A stretch of 29,097 nucleotides of DNA from Azolla caroliniana (lineage: Eukaryota; Plantae; Polypodiophyta), in NCBI GenBank assembly GCA_043228905.1, contig JBHGNT010000391.1:1-29097 (forward strand). The letters are read 5' to 3'. The notes under the pieces are model-generated. The model had not been told where the DNA came from and searched no databases. It saw nothing but the letters and a program-made list of their open reading frames with translations. Below, piece after piece: positions 6,851 to 16,800 of this stretch. The stretch's first letter is position 1. Each line of letters begins with the position of its first letter. Position numbers and translations under genes: made by a program.

Positions 6851-9709
6851 TTAAGTTGTGACAACATAGAATTTCGAGACTTTAGTACAAGCTCCACATT
6901 GTATCTGTTGAATGGATCCTTGACTTTTCGGAGGAAGGTATTTAGGGACCTGAAGAATCTGGAGGCAATGTTTGCATATAACAAATGGGGCACTACCTTC
7001 ACCAGGAAATGGTGGACAAGTGTTTTTTTTCCTTGTCGATGCTTTGTAAGCATAAGTTTGGTAGAACTTTGGTTGTTCTTTATGAAGTTCGGTAGAAAAA
7101 GGTATAGATAAAGCTTTGTCAATGTGTAAATGAACATGATGTAGGTTACGAGCACATCGTATGCAAGTACAATGCACATGATTGTGAGGTGAAAGAGAGA
7201 GAGGTTTGGAAACTAGAATGGCATTCCCAAAAGGGGAGTGTCTTGTTTGTCTTGGTGATTGTTGTGAATGCCAATGCTCAAATTCGGTTTTTACTTCTAC
7301 AACCGAGCTCAACCATTGATCGATCCTTTCTCTAGCGTCTAGTGTCGGCATTTGTCTTGGTGAGGTACGAAGCGAAAGTTTCGGATTTTTGCCAACTCGA
7401 AGAGCATACGTTTGGTCTTGATGCTTGAGGGTGCCATTACCTAAAACAATAGGTCGAGATTCTGTGTCCTTGACTTCCTTCACCTTGGGCTTACGGGTAC
7501 GTATCCTTGAAGATTCCATGAGCTTGACTTTGCCATTACTTGGAAGACTCCAAGATTTGGTGCTCTTTATTTTGGCATCGCTCTGCGATTCCATGTGCTT
7601 GCTTTCAGCAGTACTCGTAAGAATCCGCAAAGTTTCGGTTTTAAGAATCCTCAAAGTTTCCTTGTGCTCGACTTCCACATCACTTGTATGAATCCTTGAA
7701 GATTCAGTGATCTTGATTTTCGCACTCCTTGTTCGAGTTTTTGTAGTTCGAACACTTCTAGGACCCGATTTCTGCATTTCCGCATGACTGTAATGACGGC
7801 TAGGTGGGGATTGTTGCAGTTCATCATGATTGTTAAGAAAATAAGAGTCAATCTTGATTTGGTCTTGGGTCCAATCATCCATATTAACATTCGAATAGTT
7901 TATTTCCTTTCCACTATATGTAAGTTTTCTAAGAAAATCTTTTGCTGCTTCCATCTCAGAAACCTCTTGGCACTGCCAATTACCAATGGATGAGTCTTCA
8001 TTAGCTCTGATTTCTGCACTAGGATCGTCATAAGATGTACTACCATATAAAGCATCCTTTAAGAAAACCATATCTGGTTCAATGAAAGAATTCATCATAA
8101 CACCATCCTTTAGATCTGGGTGAAGAGTCTCACCCGTGCTAGATGCACTTGCCGACATCTTGGAAGTATATTGCTTATTACAATCCTCCCCAACATCCCT
8201 TAAGAAAACCATATCTGGTTCAATGAAAGAATTCATCATAACACCATCCTTTAGATCTTGGTGAAGAATCTCAGCTGAGCTAGATACACTTGCCGACATC
8301 TGAGAAGTAAATTGTTTATTACAATCCTCCCCAACATCCTTTAAGAAAGCCATATCTGGTTCAATGAAAGAATTCATCACAACACCATCCTTTAGAACTT
8401 GGTGAAGATTCTCACATGTGCTAGACGCACTTGCCGACATCTCTTCTTTATTACAATCCTCCCCAACACCAAAGAAGGAAAATTCTGGTACTTCTGATAC
8501 CGTTTCATGATCAGACTCTGATAGCTGGAAATCTTCAACTTTCCTAATGTTTTGTGATGCCTTTAAATCCTTTGATTCTTTCCTACCTTTCAGTTCTAGA
8601 TTCAATTTTCCTTCTGGTATCCCGAAAATACTTAGATCAAATAGCTTTTTTGGAGCTTTTCCACATCCGATCAAACCATCTGAAGCCTTTTTATTTCTGA
8701 CATCCTTGCCATCATTGTCTTGGAAAAAATCTACAGCAACTATGGCATCTTTAGGTTCTTCATATGGCATTATTTCTTGATCCATGCTCGATCGGCCAAA
8801 GTCATGTTCACCGTTCTTCGATCGACCCAAGTCTTCTACTTCAGTTCTTGAATGACTTGAGTCATCTTGACCTATCATTGAATGACCTAAGTGTTCTTGG
8901 TCAGCCCTTGAATGATTAAAGTCTTTTTGACTGAAACTTGATTGATCTAAGTCTCCATGTGCAACCCTTGATTGGCCTGAGTGTTCTGAACCAGTCCTTG
9001 AATGGCCCAAGCCTTTTTGACTAATCCTTGAATGATTAAAGTCTTCTTGACTAGCCCTTGATTGACCCGAGTATCCTTGACTCTTTCTTGATTTCCCTGA
9101 GAGTTCCTGATTAATCCTTGATTGACCTAAGTGCTCTTGAAGAATCCTTGGTTCATCCACATCTGCTTGTTTACTCAAGGTGTGTTGACCATCTCTTAAA
9201 TCATCAGAGTGTGCTTGACCAATCCGTGATCGATCAGAGTCTTCTCGACCCATCCTTGATTGATCCAAGTTTTCTTGATCAATCATTGATTGATCTGCAT
9301 AGTCCTTATTGATCCTTGAATTACTCAAGTCCGGTTGATTGATACTTGATTTATCCAAATTTTCTTGACTGATTCTCAACTGTATCGCGTGTTCTTGACC
9401 AATCCTTGATTGACACCAGTTTTCTTGCCCAATATTTGAGTGACCAAGGTCTTCCACTTTAATACTGCTTTCAGATACATGGAAGTCCTTCGAGCTTTTC
9501 CCAACTTTCAGTTCCCCATTCAATCTTTCTTCAGGAATCCCAAATATCGATAAATCAAATAGCTTCTTCTTTTGAACTTTCCTATCTTCATTACCATGAA
9601 AAACCTTCAAATTTCCAATATTATTGTCAGGAGAAGGTTTGGGAACATGTCCAATGTCCAATGTACTTTGCTGGGGAAATTTATTTGGTGACATGTTCTC
9701 TTTAAGCAT
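6851..9709 (-). CDS. EDR4: EDR4-like protein with C-terminal zinc_ribbon_12-type domain, ~952 aa from the first in-frame ATG, single coding exon
   Basis: C-terminal CPPFPGEGSAPFVICKHCLQIL...IQCGACTKVSKF and an upstream HNHVHCTCIRC motif match the EDR4 family pattern. An in-frame TAG lies just upstream of 9742; first ATG at 9709. Family membership only, orthology not established. Confidence 0.8.
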   Translation of the reverse strand: MLKENMSPNKFPQQSTLDIGHVPKPSPDNNIGNLKVFHGNEDRKVQKKKLFDLSIFGIPEERLNGELKVGKSSKDFHVSESSIKVEDLGHSNIGQENWCQSRIGQEHAIQLRISQENLDKSSINQPDLSNSRINKDYADQSMIDQENLDQSRMGREDSDRSRIGQAHSDDLRDGQHTLSKQADVDEPRILQEHLGQSRINQELSGKSRKSQGYSGQSRASQEDFNHSRISQKGLGHSRTGSEHSGQSRVAHGDLDQSSFSQKDFNHSRADQEHLGHSMIGQDDSSHSRTEVEDLGRSKNGEHDFGRSSMDQEIMPYEEPKDAIVAVDFFQDNDGKDVRNKKASDGLIGCGKAPKKLFDLSIFGIPEGKLNLELKGRKESKDLKASQNIRKVEDFQLSESDHETVSEVPEFSFFGVGEDCNKEEMSASASSTCENLHQVLKDGVVMNSFIEPDMAFLKDVGEDCNKQFTSQMSASVSSSAEILHQDLKDGVMMNSFIEPDMVFLRDVGEDCNKQYTSKMSASASSTGETLHPDLKDGVMMNSFIEPDMVFLKDALYGSTSYDDPSAEIRANEDSSIGNWQCQEVSEMEAAKDFLRKLTYSGKEINYSNVNMDDWTQDQIKIDSYFLNNHDELQQSPPSRHYSHAEMQKSGPRSVRTTKTRTRSAKIKITESSRIHTSDVEVEHKETLRILKTETLRILTSTAESKHMESQSDAKIKSTKSWSLPSNGKVKLMESSRIRTRKPKVKEVKDTESRPIVLGNGTLKHQDQTYALRVGKNPKLSLRTSPRQMPTLDARERIDQWLSSVVEVKTEFEHWHSQQSPRQTRHSPFGNAILVSKPLSLSPHNHVHCTCIRCARNLHHVHLHIDKALSIPFSTELHKEQPKFYQTYAYKASTRKKNTCPPFPGEGSAPFVICKHCLQILQVPKYLPPKSQGSIQQIQCGACTKVSKFYVVTT
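8052..8470 (-). repeat. Coding tandem repeat, 3 copies of 141 bp (47 aa; one copy 44 aa)
   Basis: (D/G)VGEDCNK...MSAS.SS..E.LH..LKDGV.MNSFIEPDM.FL(K/R) three times. Confidence 0.95.
8775..9455 (-). repeat. Coding 30-bp (10-aa) tandem repeat, about 22 degenerate units, consensus near SRIxQE(D/H)L(G/D)(Q/H)
   Basis: Plus-strand CCTTGATTGA/CTTGAATGA recurs at 30-bp spacing; seen in translation as SRIGQEH, SRINQEL, SRASQED, SRISQKG and others. Confidence 0.9.
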
Positions 9710-9944
9710 TGATGAATCAAGTATACTTGAGGCTTTGTACAATAAGTGTTGCTATTTCCAGATCAGAGTCTTCAATTACCTCCTTTTCGAAGAGCTTGAA
9801 TTCAAACGTCCTGATCCTTTCACTGCTTTATGAGGTCCTTGCAAACTTCACCGATTAAAAGGATCTCTCACAAAGAGGTATATAAAATAGAAACACATTT
9901 AAATATTCTTATGAGAGAGAGCTAGTGTATGTGTGTTGAGGAGG

Positions 9945-10190
9945 GTGTGCATGTATGCATCTATGTGTGCATCTATGTGTGCATCTATGTATGTATGTAT
10001 GTATGTATGTATGTATGCATGCATGCATGTATGCATGCATGCATGTATGCATGTATGTATGTATGTATGCATGTATGCATGCATGCATGTATGTATGTAT
10101 GTATGTATGTATGTATGTATGCATGTATGTATGCATGCATGCATGTATGCATGCATGCATGTATGTATGTATGTATGTATGTACGATGCA
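9945..10190. repeat. Compound (TATG)n/(CATG)n microsatellite, probably in the EDR4-like 5'UTR intron
   Basis: Direct reading; it produces the spurious MYVC/HTYI ORFs in the track. Confidence 0.95.
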
Positions 10191-10204
10191 TGTGGGTGAC
10201 TGTG

Positions 10205-10400
10205 CGTATAGATGCATGTCTCGATGGATGGATGGCAGATGCATCAATGTACATATGGTGTCTGTGTATGGATGTGTATATGGACATGCGTATCGATGTA
10301 TGTCTCGATGGATGGATGGCAGATGCATCAATGTACGTATGGTGTCTGTGTATGGATGTGTATGTGGACATATGTATCGATGTATATGTGGATGGATGGA
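10205..10400. repeat. 84-bp tandem repeat, ~2.3 copies
   Basis: GATG(C/T)ATGTCTCGATGGATGGATGGCAGATGCATCAATG at 10211 and 10295; partial third copy at 10379. Confidence 0.9.
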
Positions 10401-10523
10401 TGAACACATGATTGTGTGCATGAAACTATGAGTGGGTTAATATGTATGGATGGATTTATGTGTGGATGAGTGCATAGATGTACAAATGTATTATCTACCT
10501 GCATATGCATCGAAGAAACTAAC

Positions 10524-10664
10524 CTCAATGAAGGGTTGAATGCCTGTTTTTGGGACTCATTGGCGATAGCCGTGCACATCCGGCACTAAATTCACATTTC
10601 TTGATCCATTGCTATTGAGAAGAGTGCTCATGTATCAGAATTTCAAGTCTTTTCTTATCTTGTG
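10524..10664 (-). other. Putative 5'UTR exon of the EDR4-like gene, containing uORFs
   Basis: Minus-strand acceptor TTTTTTCAG| and donor GAG|GTTAGT bound 141 nt. Several ATGs, including uORF MSTLLNSNGSRNVNLVPDVHGYRQ*. Confidence 0.45.
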
Positions 10665-10904
10665 CTGAAAAAATAGGGACCGCGATTAGAAAGCTGTCAA
10701 ATTGATGCTACTCCATGAATATTTGTGTGCGATAACTACAATTAAAAACCAAAATTTTAAGACCTGAACCACCATGTTTACATAATAATGGTGATTTTTA
10801 AGCAGGAAAGAGGTTAAAACAAGGAGACCTATATTAGACTCGCTTGAATCAATAGTTTCTGGATAGATCCATCGCCAAGAGAGAGCATGTTGGAATGGCC
10901 ATGC

Positions 10905-10942
<38 letters not shown>

Positions 10943-11680
10943 TCACAGAAATAGCATTTCAAATTACAGCTTAGAGAAAGGATGCTGCCATCCATGGCAG
11001 TGATCTAATCCGAGAAATATACCATGTCATGGATTCGTTTAACCTACATATAACATCTGAAATATAATTTAGAGAGAGGATTTTGACATTGTCGTCCTCT
11101 GACAACATAAACATACTCTCGGTGTTGATCATAGAAACAGCATCTGATATGAAGCTTGAGAGGGAGGATGCTTTTTGGCATACTCATATTCTCACATCTT
11201 ACACAAAAACTATGTGGTGATCACAGTCTCTAGATACTCACATCTGGTATGCTCACAAATTGATGTTGCAACTGATATATAGTTTAGAGCACAGATGTGG
11301 GCATGGCTAATTCTCTCCCATCTTACACATGCTCTGTATTCACCATATCTCAGAGGGAGGATGTTGAGATGGCTACATGGCATGCATTCATTCATCATCT
11401 ATATACATACATACATTCATATATATATATATATATATATATGAGTATGATCAAGAGAGAAGGTATTGATATGGCCAATGATCCCCTGGTCTTACACAAC
11501 CTAGGCATTCACCATAGCTATGGCATGAGAGATAGGTTCCATAGCTATGGCATGTGAGGTATACATTGGAGGGGGGATGTACCATGTTGACATACATGAT
11601 GACTATCTCTTTCTTAAACAGAGACAGAGGAACACATTCCCTGATGAAGAAAGATAACAAGAAAGAAAGAGAGCATGAAT

Positions 11681-11683
<3 letters not shown>

Positions 11684-11727
<44 letters not shown>
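11684..11727. repeat. (GA)n microsatellite
   Basis: Direct reading. Confidence 0.95.
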
Positions 11728-11728
<1 letters not shown>

Positions 11729-11798
11729 ATACCAATTATTTTTGGGAACAGGGGAAGGTGGTGTTTGCTCTGTTCTTCTTCTTGTGTGTGTTCTCTAA

Positions 11799-11911
11799 TA
11801 GTGTATGTGTGTGGATCAACATGAGACTCTCTCTCTCATGGAAAGCTTTGACTTTAGTGTATGTGTGTGGATCAACATGAGACTCTCTCTCTCATGGAAA
11901 GCTTTGACTTT
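11799..11911. repeat. Perfect 56-bp tandem duplication
   Basis: AGTGTATGTGTGTGGATCAACATGAGACTCTCTCTCTCATGGAAAGCTTTGACTTT at 11800 and 11856. Confidence 0.95.
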
Positions 11912-13701
11912 GAAGAAGAGGGTATCTTGGAATTTGGAGGTATTAAGCCTATAAAAGTCACAAACTAAAGAACAAGCATGGTTTGTGTGAACCTTAGGCC
12001 TAGCTTCTTTCATGGGATGCTTATGAAGAAAAAGTATGCCATGGCTGAGTGTATGATGAAGAAAAAGTACGAATTGTCACTCTGGCAGAGTGCACATGTG
12101 AAGGAAGTGTTTTCCTGGTTTTAAGAAGCCCATTGACTAGGCTCGCTTTTAAAACCGGATCTCACCGGGCTTCATCGTTAAGTTTGAAGAGAAAAACCGT
12201 TGGGAACATCTTTGCAGGAAATAAACTTCTAGATATGTTCTAGTACACCGAAAATGAATTATATTGTAGTATGAGGTGGATGTTGGTTGTTGATGGGTGC
12301 CACTCATGTTGCGGTTGAGTTTGTGCCAACTTGCTTGCAGAGTTGAGGAATCTAGAAACATACATAAGATGGGCTTATTTTTCACAAGCCCTATAACTTA
12401 ATACTTCAAGAAACCTAATCAAATGTCAAGTGCATGGTTTTCCTAGTTTGGTTCACTAATTTGCCAGTTCCATGACGAGACATATATCTCCATGCTCTTT
12501 GTTGGTTACAAGACTAGTCTACATATGTAAAATAAACATATTATTTGACTTGGTGAATTCAGAAATTTGCGCTTGTATTATTGAATATTACTCGCCAAAG
12601 TTTGAAAGTTATAATATGGCCATATATGGACAACTCTTCATATTGAATGCACGTCATCTACATGTTAGAAGTTCATTATAATCATAAAAGAAATATCAAA
12701 TTAGATTTATAGTAATATAAAAGATACCATCAAAGGGAGAATATATTATAGTTTCAAGTAGGTTTTGTTCATTGAGAGTCGAGACAACAAGAGAGTACAA
12801 CTTTTCGAGTAAAATAAAATGTTTAGGGTTTAGGGGTCACACTAGCCTTCACTAGAACAAAATTGGCTTGTATTGATATCCAATTACTTATCAAGCAAAG
12901 GGTCTTCCTTTCTGAGAATTGCTCAATATTAATTTTCCCAAGATCTAGCTTCCAAGATCATCAAAAAACACGTTTTCAAGTGATAAGACTTTGTTCACAC
13001 CCAAGAAATGCCCAATTTTTCTACCAATGTCTAATTGGGATACTGAACTTCAAGGAAAATTGATTGGGCTACTTTCAAGAGGTGTGGATAAGCATATAGA
13101 ACACTTATTCAACTTTGGACTAGTCCCTCGTTATTATAGCAAGCTACAAATTGTCTACAATTAACAATTGATCACTCATTCCAAAAGATCTTCTACATCT
13201 TTAGATTTGTACCATGGGAATTTGAACTCTTCATATTTTTCATGCACATGCTTTCTTTGATCGCATGGATTATTCACAATCAAATAATTTTGAGCAAAAC
13301 ATCGTTCTATAATCAATCAGTTGTTTGGGTTTTCCCTCCAATCCCATTTTGTTTGCTATCTCTAATGATGTTAACACTTACTTGTGTTTCCACCTCACTT
13401 TGAGACTTCCCAGAGTAATGAACATGTCATAATATGTATAGTTACAATAAAATCAATCATATAAACAATATTACACATTCCACATGTATTTCCTTTCCAA
13501 TCAGATGATTTTTAATATATTCTCACATTTGATATTGCAATAAAATCTCAGATTTCCCAGCAATTCACCATGATTGAAATTCTCATGCTACCATTTTGTG
13601 ATCTCAGACTAGTGATAGCGCTACCTCTACAAAAAGGACATGTATCAGTCAATAAATAAAATAAAATCCCTGAGCATGAATAACCATGATTCTTTATCAT
13701 G

Positions 13702-13893
13702 TTATAGCTCAGTAGATGAAGGCTTTGACTTTCCGGAATTTGAATTCCTCGTGTGCCACCATTTCAAGATCCGATCAGTAGTTTTTGTAATGTGATTTTG
13801 TATGTCCTTGAGTGTTTCTTGGGTTTTAGTTCTTACTGCACCCAGAAAAGATTGTTCATGCTGCCCAAACTTGTCTTTTAAATTGTTTTGCTT
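13702..13893 (-). CDS. SES1: SES1-like exon 7 (63 aa plus stop)
   Basis: TTTCAG|KQNNL...ILKWWH...PSSTEL then TAA. Confidence 0.88.
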   Translation of the reverse strand, partial: KQNNLKDKFGQHEQSFLGAVRTKTQETLKDIQNHITKTTDRILKWWHTRNSNSGKSKPSSTEL

Positions 13894-16800
13894 CTGAAAT
13901 ACAAAGAACGGTAATTATAATTTGTCTCCAATAATTTCTAATAACAAATTAATCTCATAAAATGTTGATTTACTCTTAATAATAATAGATCGACAATTTT
14001 TCGTCCAAAAATAGATGTGCTGCAATAACAATTCAAACTAGACTTCTCAAACCAATACACTAATAGATGCCACATATCCCAATAAATCCAAAGCAGCAGA
14101 TTAAACCAACATATACACAAGAAAACAAGGGGGGAAGGCAAAAGTGCAAACAAATGCAACACACACAATCAATGGACTTCCTCATTAGAAGAAGGAAGCT
14201 AAGAAAAGCAATATATACAGATGGCCAAGGAGCAAATAAAAGCAACATATACACACACAAGGAAACCAGAACAAAGCAAAAGAGCATACAAAAGTAATAT
14301 ATACACATGGAAAATAAAGAAGAATAAAAGAGCATGTGTTTTAAAATTTCTTACTCTAAAATTTGGAGTGCGTTCATCTTCTTCTTCATCTTCTTCTTCA
14401 TCTTCATCACCATCACCATCTCCATCTCCATTGAAATTGGGCATGCCATTCATAAGATCGTCTTTCGAATATACTTTCATGCCAGGTGCTCCAGGCATGT
14501 CCTGCAGGGGAAAGTTATACCAAAGCATATAAATTTAGGGATTTGTTTTTAATTGTCACAATATATGTAAGGCACAAAGTTTCATCACTGCCAAAATGCC
14601 ACTTTTTTCAATACCATGTCAATTCAGGGAAAACCAAATCACATCACTTAATTAATTTGGATTAATTAGTTCTCGTTGCTTAATTATTGTGGATTAATTA
14701 GAGAGCTAGATCTTCATTAAGTGGCAACATAACATCTAATTAATTAAACTGTAATTAAAATTTAGCGCCTTTTACAATTATTTACCGGCACACTCCTGTC
14801 TAAATAAACCCTTAAACTTTATTTTAATCAGTTTGAAAAGATGTTCGATTCATACTTTTGCATGACATACAAAAGGAGTGGCAAGTGACTTGGCAAATAT
14901 ATAAAAACTGTGGAATTCTCGCAAATGTTGGTCAATATAGTGGGGCATTTAAAAAAATTGCCTATTATTTTCTTTATTGTGAGTTATTCACACCCTCCAA
15001 CAAATGAATGATACGTACACTCATTGATCGCATTATTCTTTCAATCTCAGCATCTTTTGAGGACTTCGGCACAAATACCTCTCCAGGTGTTCTATCCTGT
15101 TGAAGGTAATAAAAGAATTCAGAATTCATTTATGATCATCCAGAAATATTTTAATGCTATATCAAAGTATCTACCTTTGGTACAGGGGGTGTCTTAATGC
15201 TACAAACTTTAGTGAGATCTTTGCAAAGGAACTTTGATAATGCATCAACATTTACCGCTCCCTTAAAGAGATACTCAGCCAGATCTGTATCATGATATCC
15301 TATAACCTATTACACAACATACTTATTCATAAGTTTAGAATAAATGCAAGGGAGAAACACTTAACAGTTTGGATAATTACCAGGATACCCCTCTCGGTCT
15401 TTAGAAATTTAAAACCAGAAGAATACTGCCCCTATGGTATTCTTCTGATTGCCAAGGGGTATTCTGACAAATATCCAAAACATTATGGGGCTTTTAGAGT
15501 TTTCCCTTAAAATACAATAAGAAGAAATGATGATTAAACCAATACGAGTGCAGAAAACCAACCTCTTGACAAGTCTTCTCAATGGTTTTACACTCTATTC
15601 CACACTCGCCTTCCTCCACTTGTTCGATTAGCTGCCAGTAGAACTCATAATTAATGCTATTTTTGGGCTGAATGATCTCAATTAAATGCAGAGAACATCA
15701 CTGGTAAGTCACGATAGTGATGAAGGTAGATAAAGTTTCCTGTAAACTTGTTACATCATCCCATAATCCTGTTCGCCCAGTTTTCAAGTTATGCCGTTAA
15801 GGAAGCGACTTCAGAATTAGGCATGTTATGATCAGGTAAGAGAATCCCTTCAAGAAGGAATAAGGGAACAAGAAGAACTTTTTCAACTGAGGTGTTTGAA
15901 CAAGTAAAGAAGAAAAAATATGCTTTCATTTCCTTAGTTTGCATGAGAAGAAAGAATGTCTACAATTAAAAGGCAAGGAGTGTCTTCTTCCCTTTCTATG
16001 TGGCAGCCAGGTCATAAACTTCATGACTTCTTCTATAAGATTGTCATGATAAATGGACAATGAACTCATAAGTTTCTTATGGATAAGTTGGATTGATGAG
16101 TTGATGAAATGGGGAACAAGAAGTGTGGGGTAAGCTGATTAAGAGTATTGTATTGGAGGTGCAAGACAATACTCTGTATTTGAGTTTTCATGCTATGAAC
16201 ACAGATTGTGTCAAAGTGGTTTTGGGTTATCTATCCTTACCTCGTGCGAAGGATCTTTTCTCTTGAGTTAAGAGTACTTATTTTTAGATTTTATGGATGC
16301 ATTCACGTTCATTTGCTCAAACATATAATCAAGAATTGAGTTAGGCTTAGAACACTGAGAAAATTGGAGCCCATTTGTGACGCCCTTGATTGAGTTGTCA
16401 CATGAATAGGAATGATGGGGCTAAAGAAAGTTGTGATTTTTGTTTGTTAATCAGCTTGTGTGGCTATACTGTGTTGTCCTTCAATAACATTTCTTGTGTC
16501 TCTTGAGTTGTAGCAAAAGAAATCCCAAGCACTGTTGGTCTTAATATTCCATTACCTTGCATAGTGGGCCAAAGCCTTCTTTAAAGAGGCAATGGTATCT
16601 CCCTCTTATTTCATAAAAAAACACTACGGCGAAAAACAGTGTTCTTTAGACTCCACTCCCTGATGACACAATTTGAAAATTCTTTCTTCTAGAGCTATTT
16701 GTGCATATCTGCCTACCTCAATCTCTAATTGATGGGATGATGTTCCCAGCTGTCCTATCACACTGCAGTGCATAAATAGATATATGTCCATAAAAGGCGA

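Noticed and set aside
9899-10431. Multiple 60-170 aa ORFs rich in MYVC/HTYI
   Set aside because: Translations of (TATG)n/(CATG)n microsatellite that lack stops in several frames.
12822-12835. (TTTAGGG)2 telomere-like motif, plus scattered AAACCCTA boxes
   Set aside because: Only two units; such motifs are common in plant DNA and do not make an interstitial telomere.
12860-13130. Possible degraded LINE remnant (minus-strand KCSICLSTPLES)
   Set aside because: Only a CxxC-like word with no supporting motifs.
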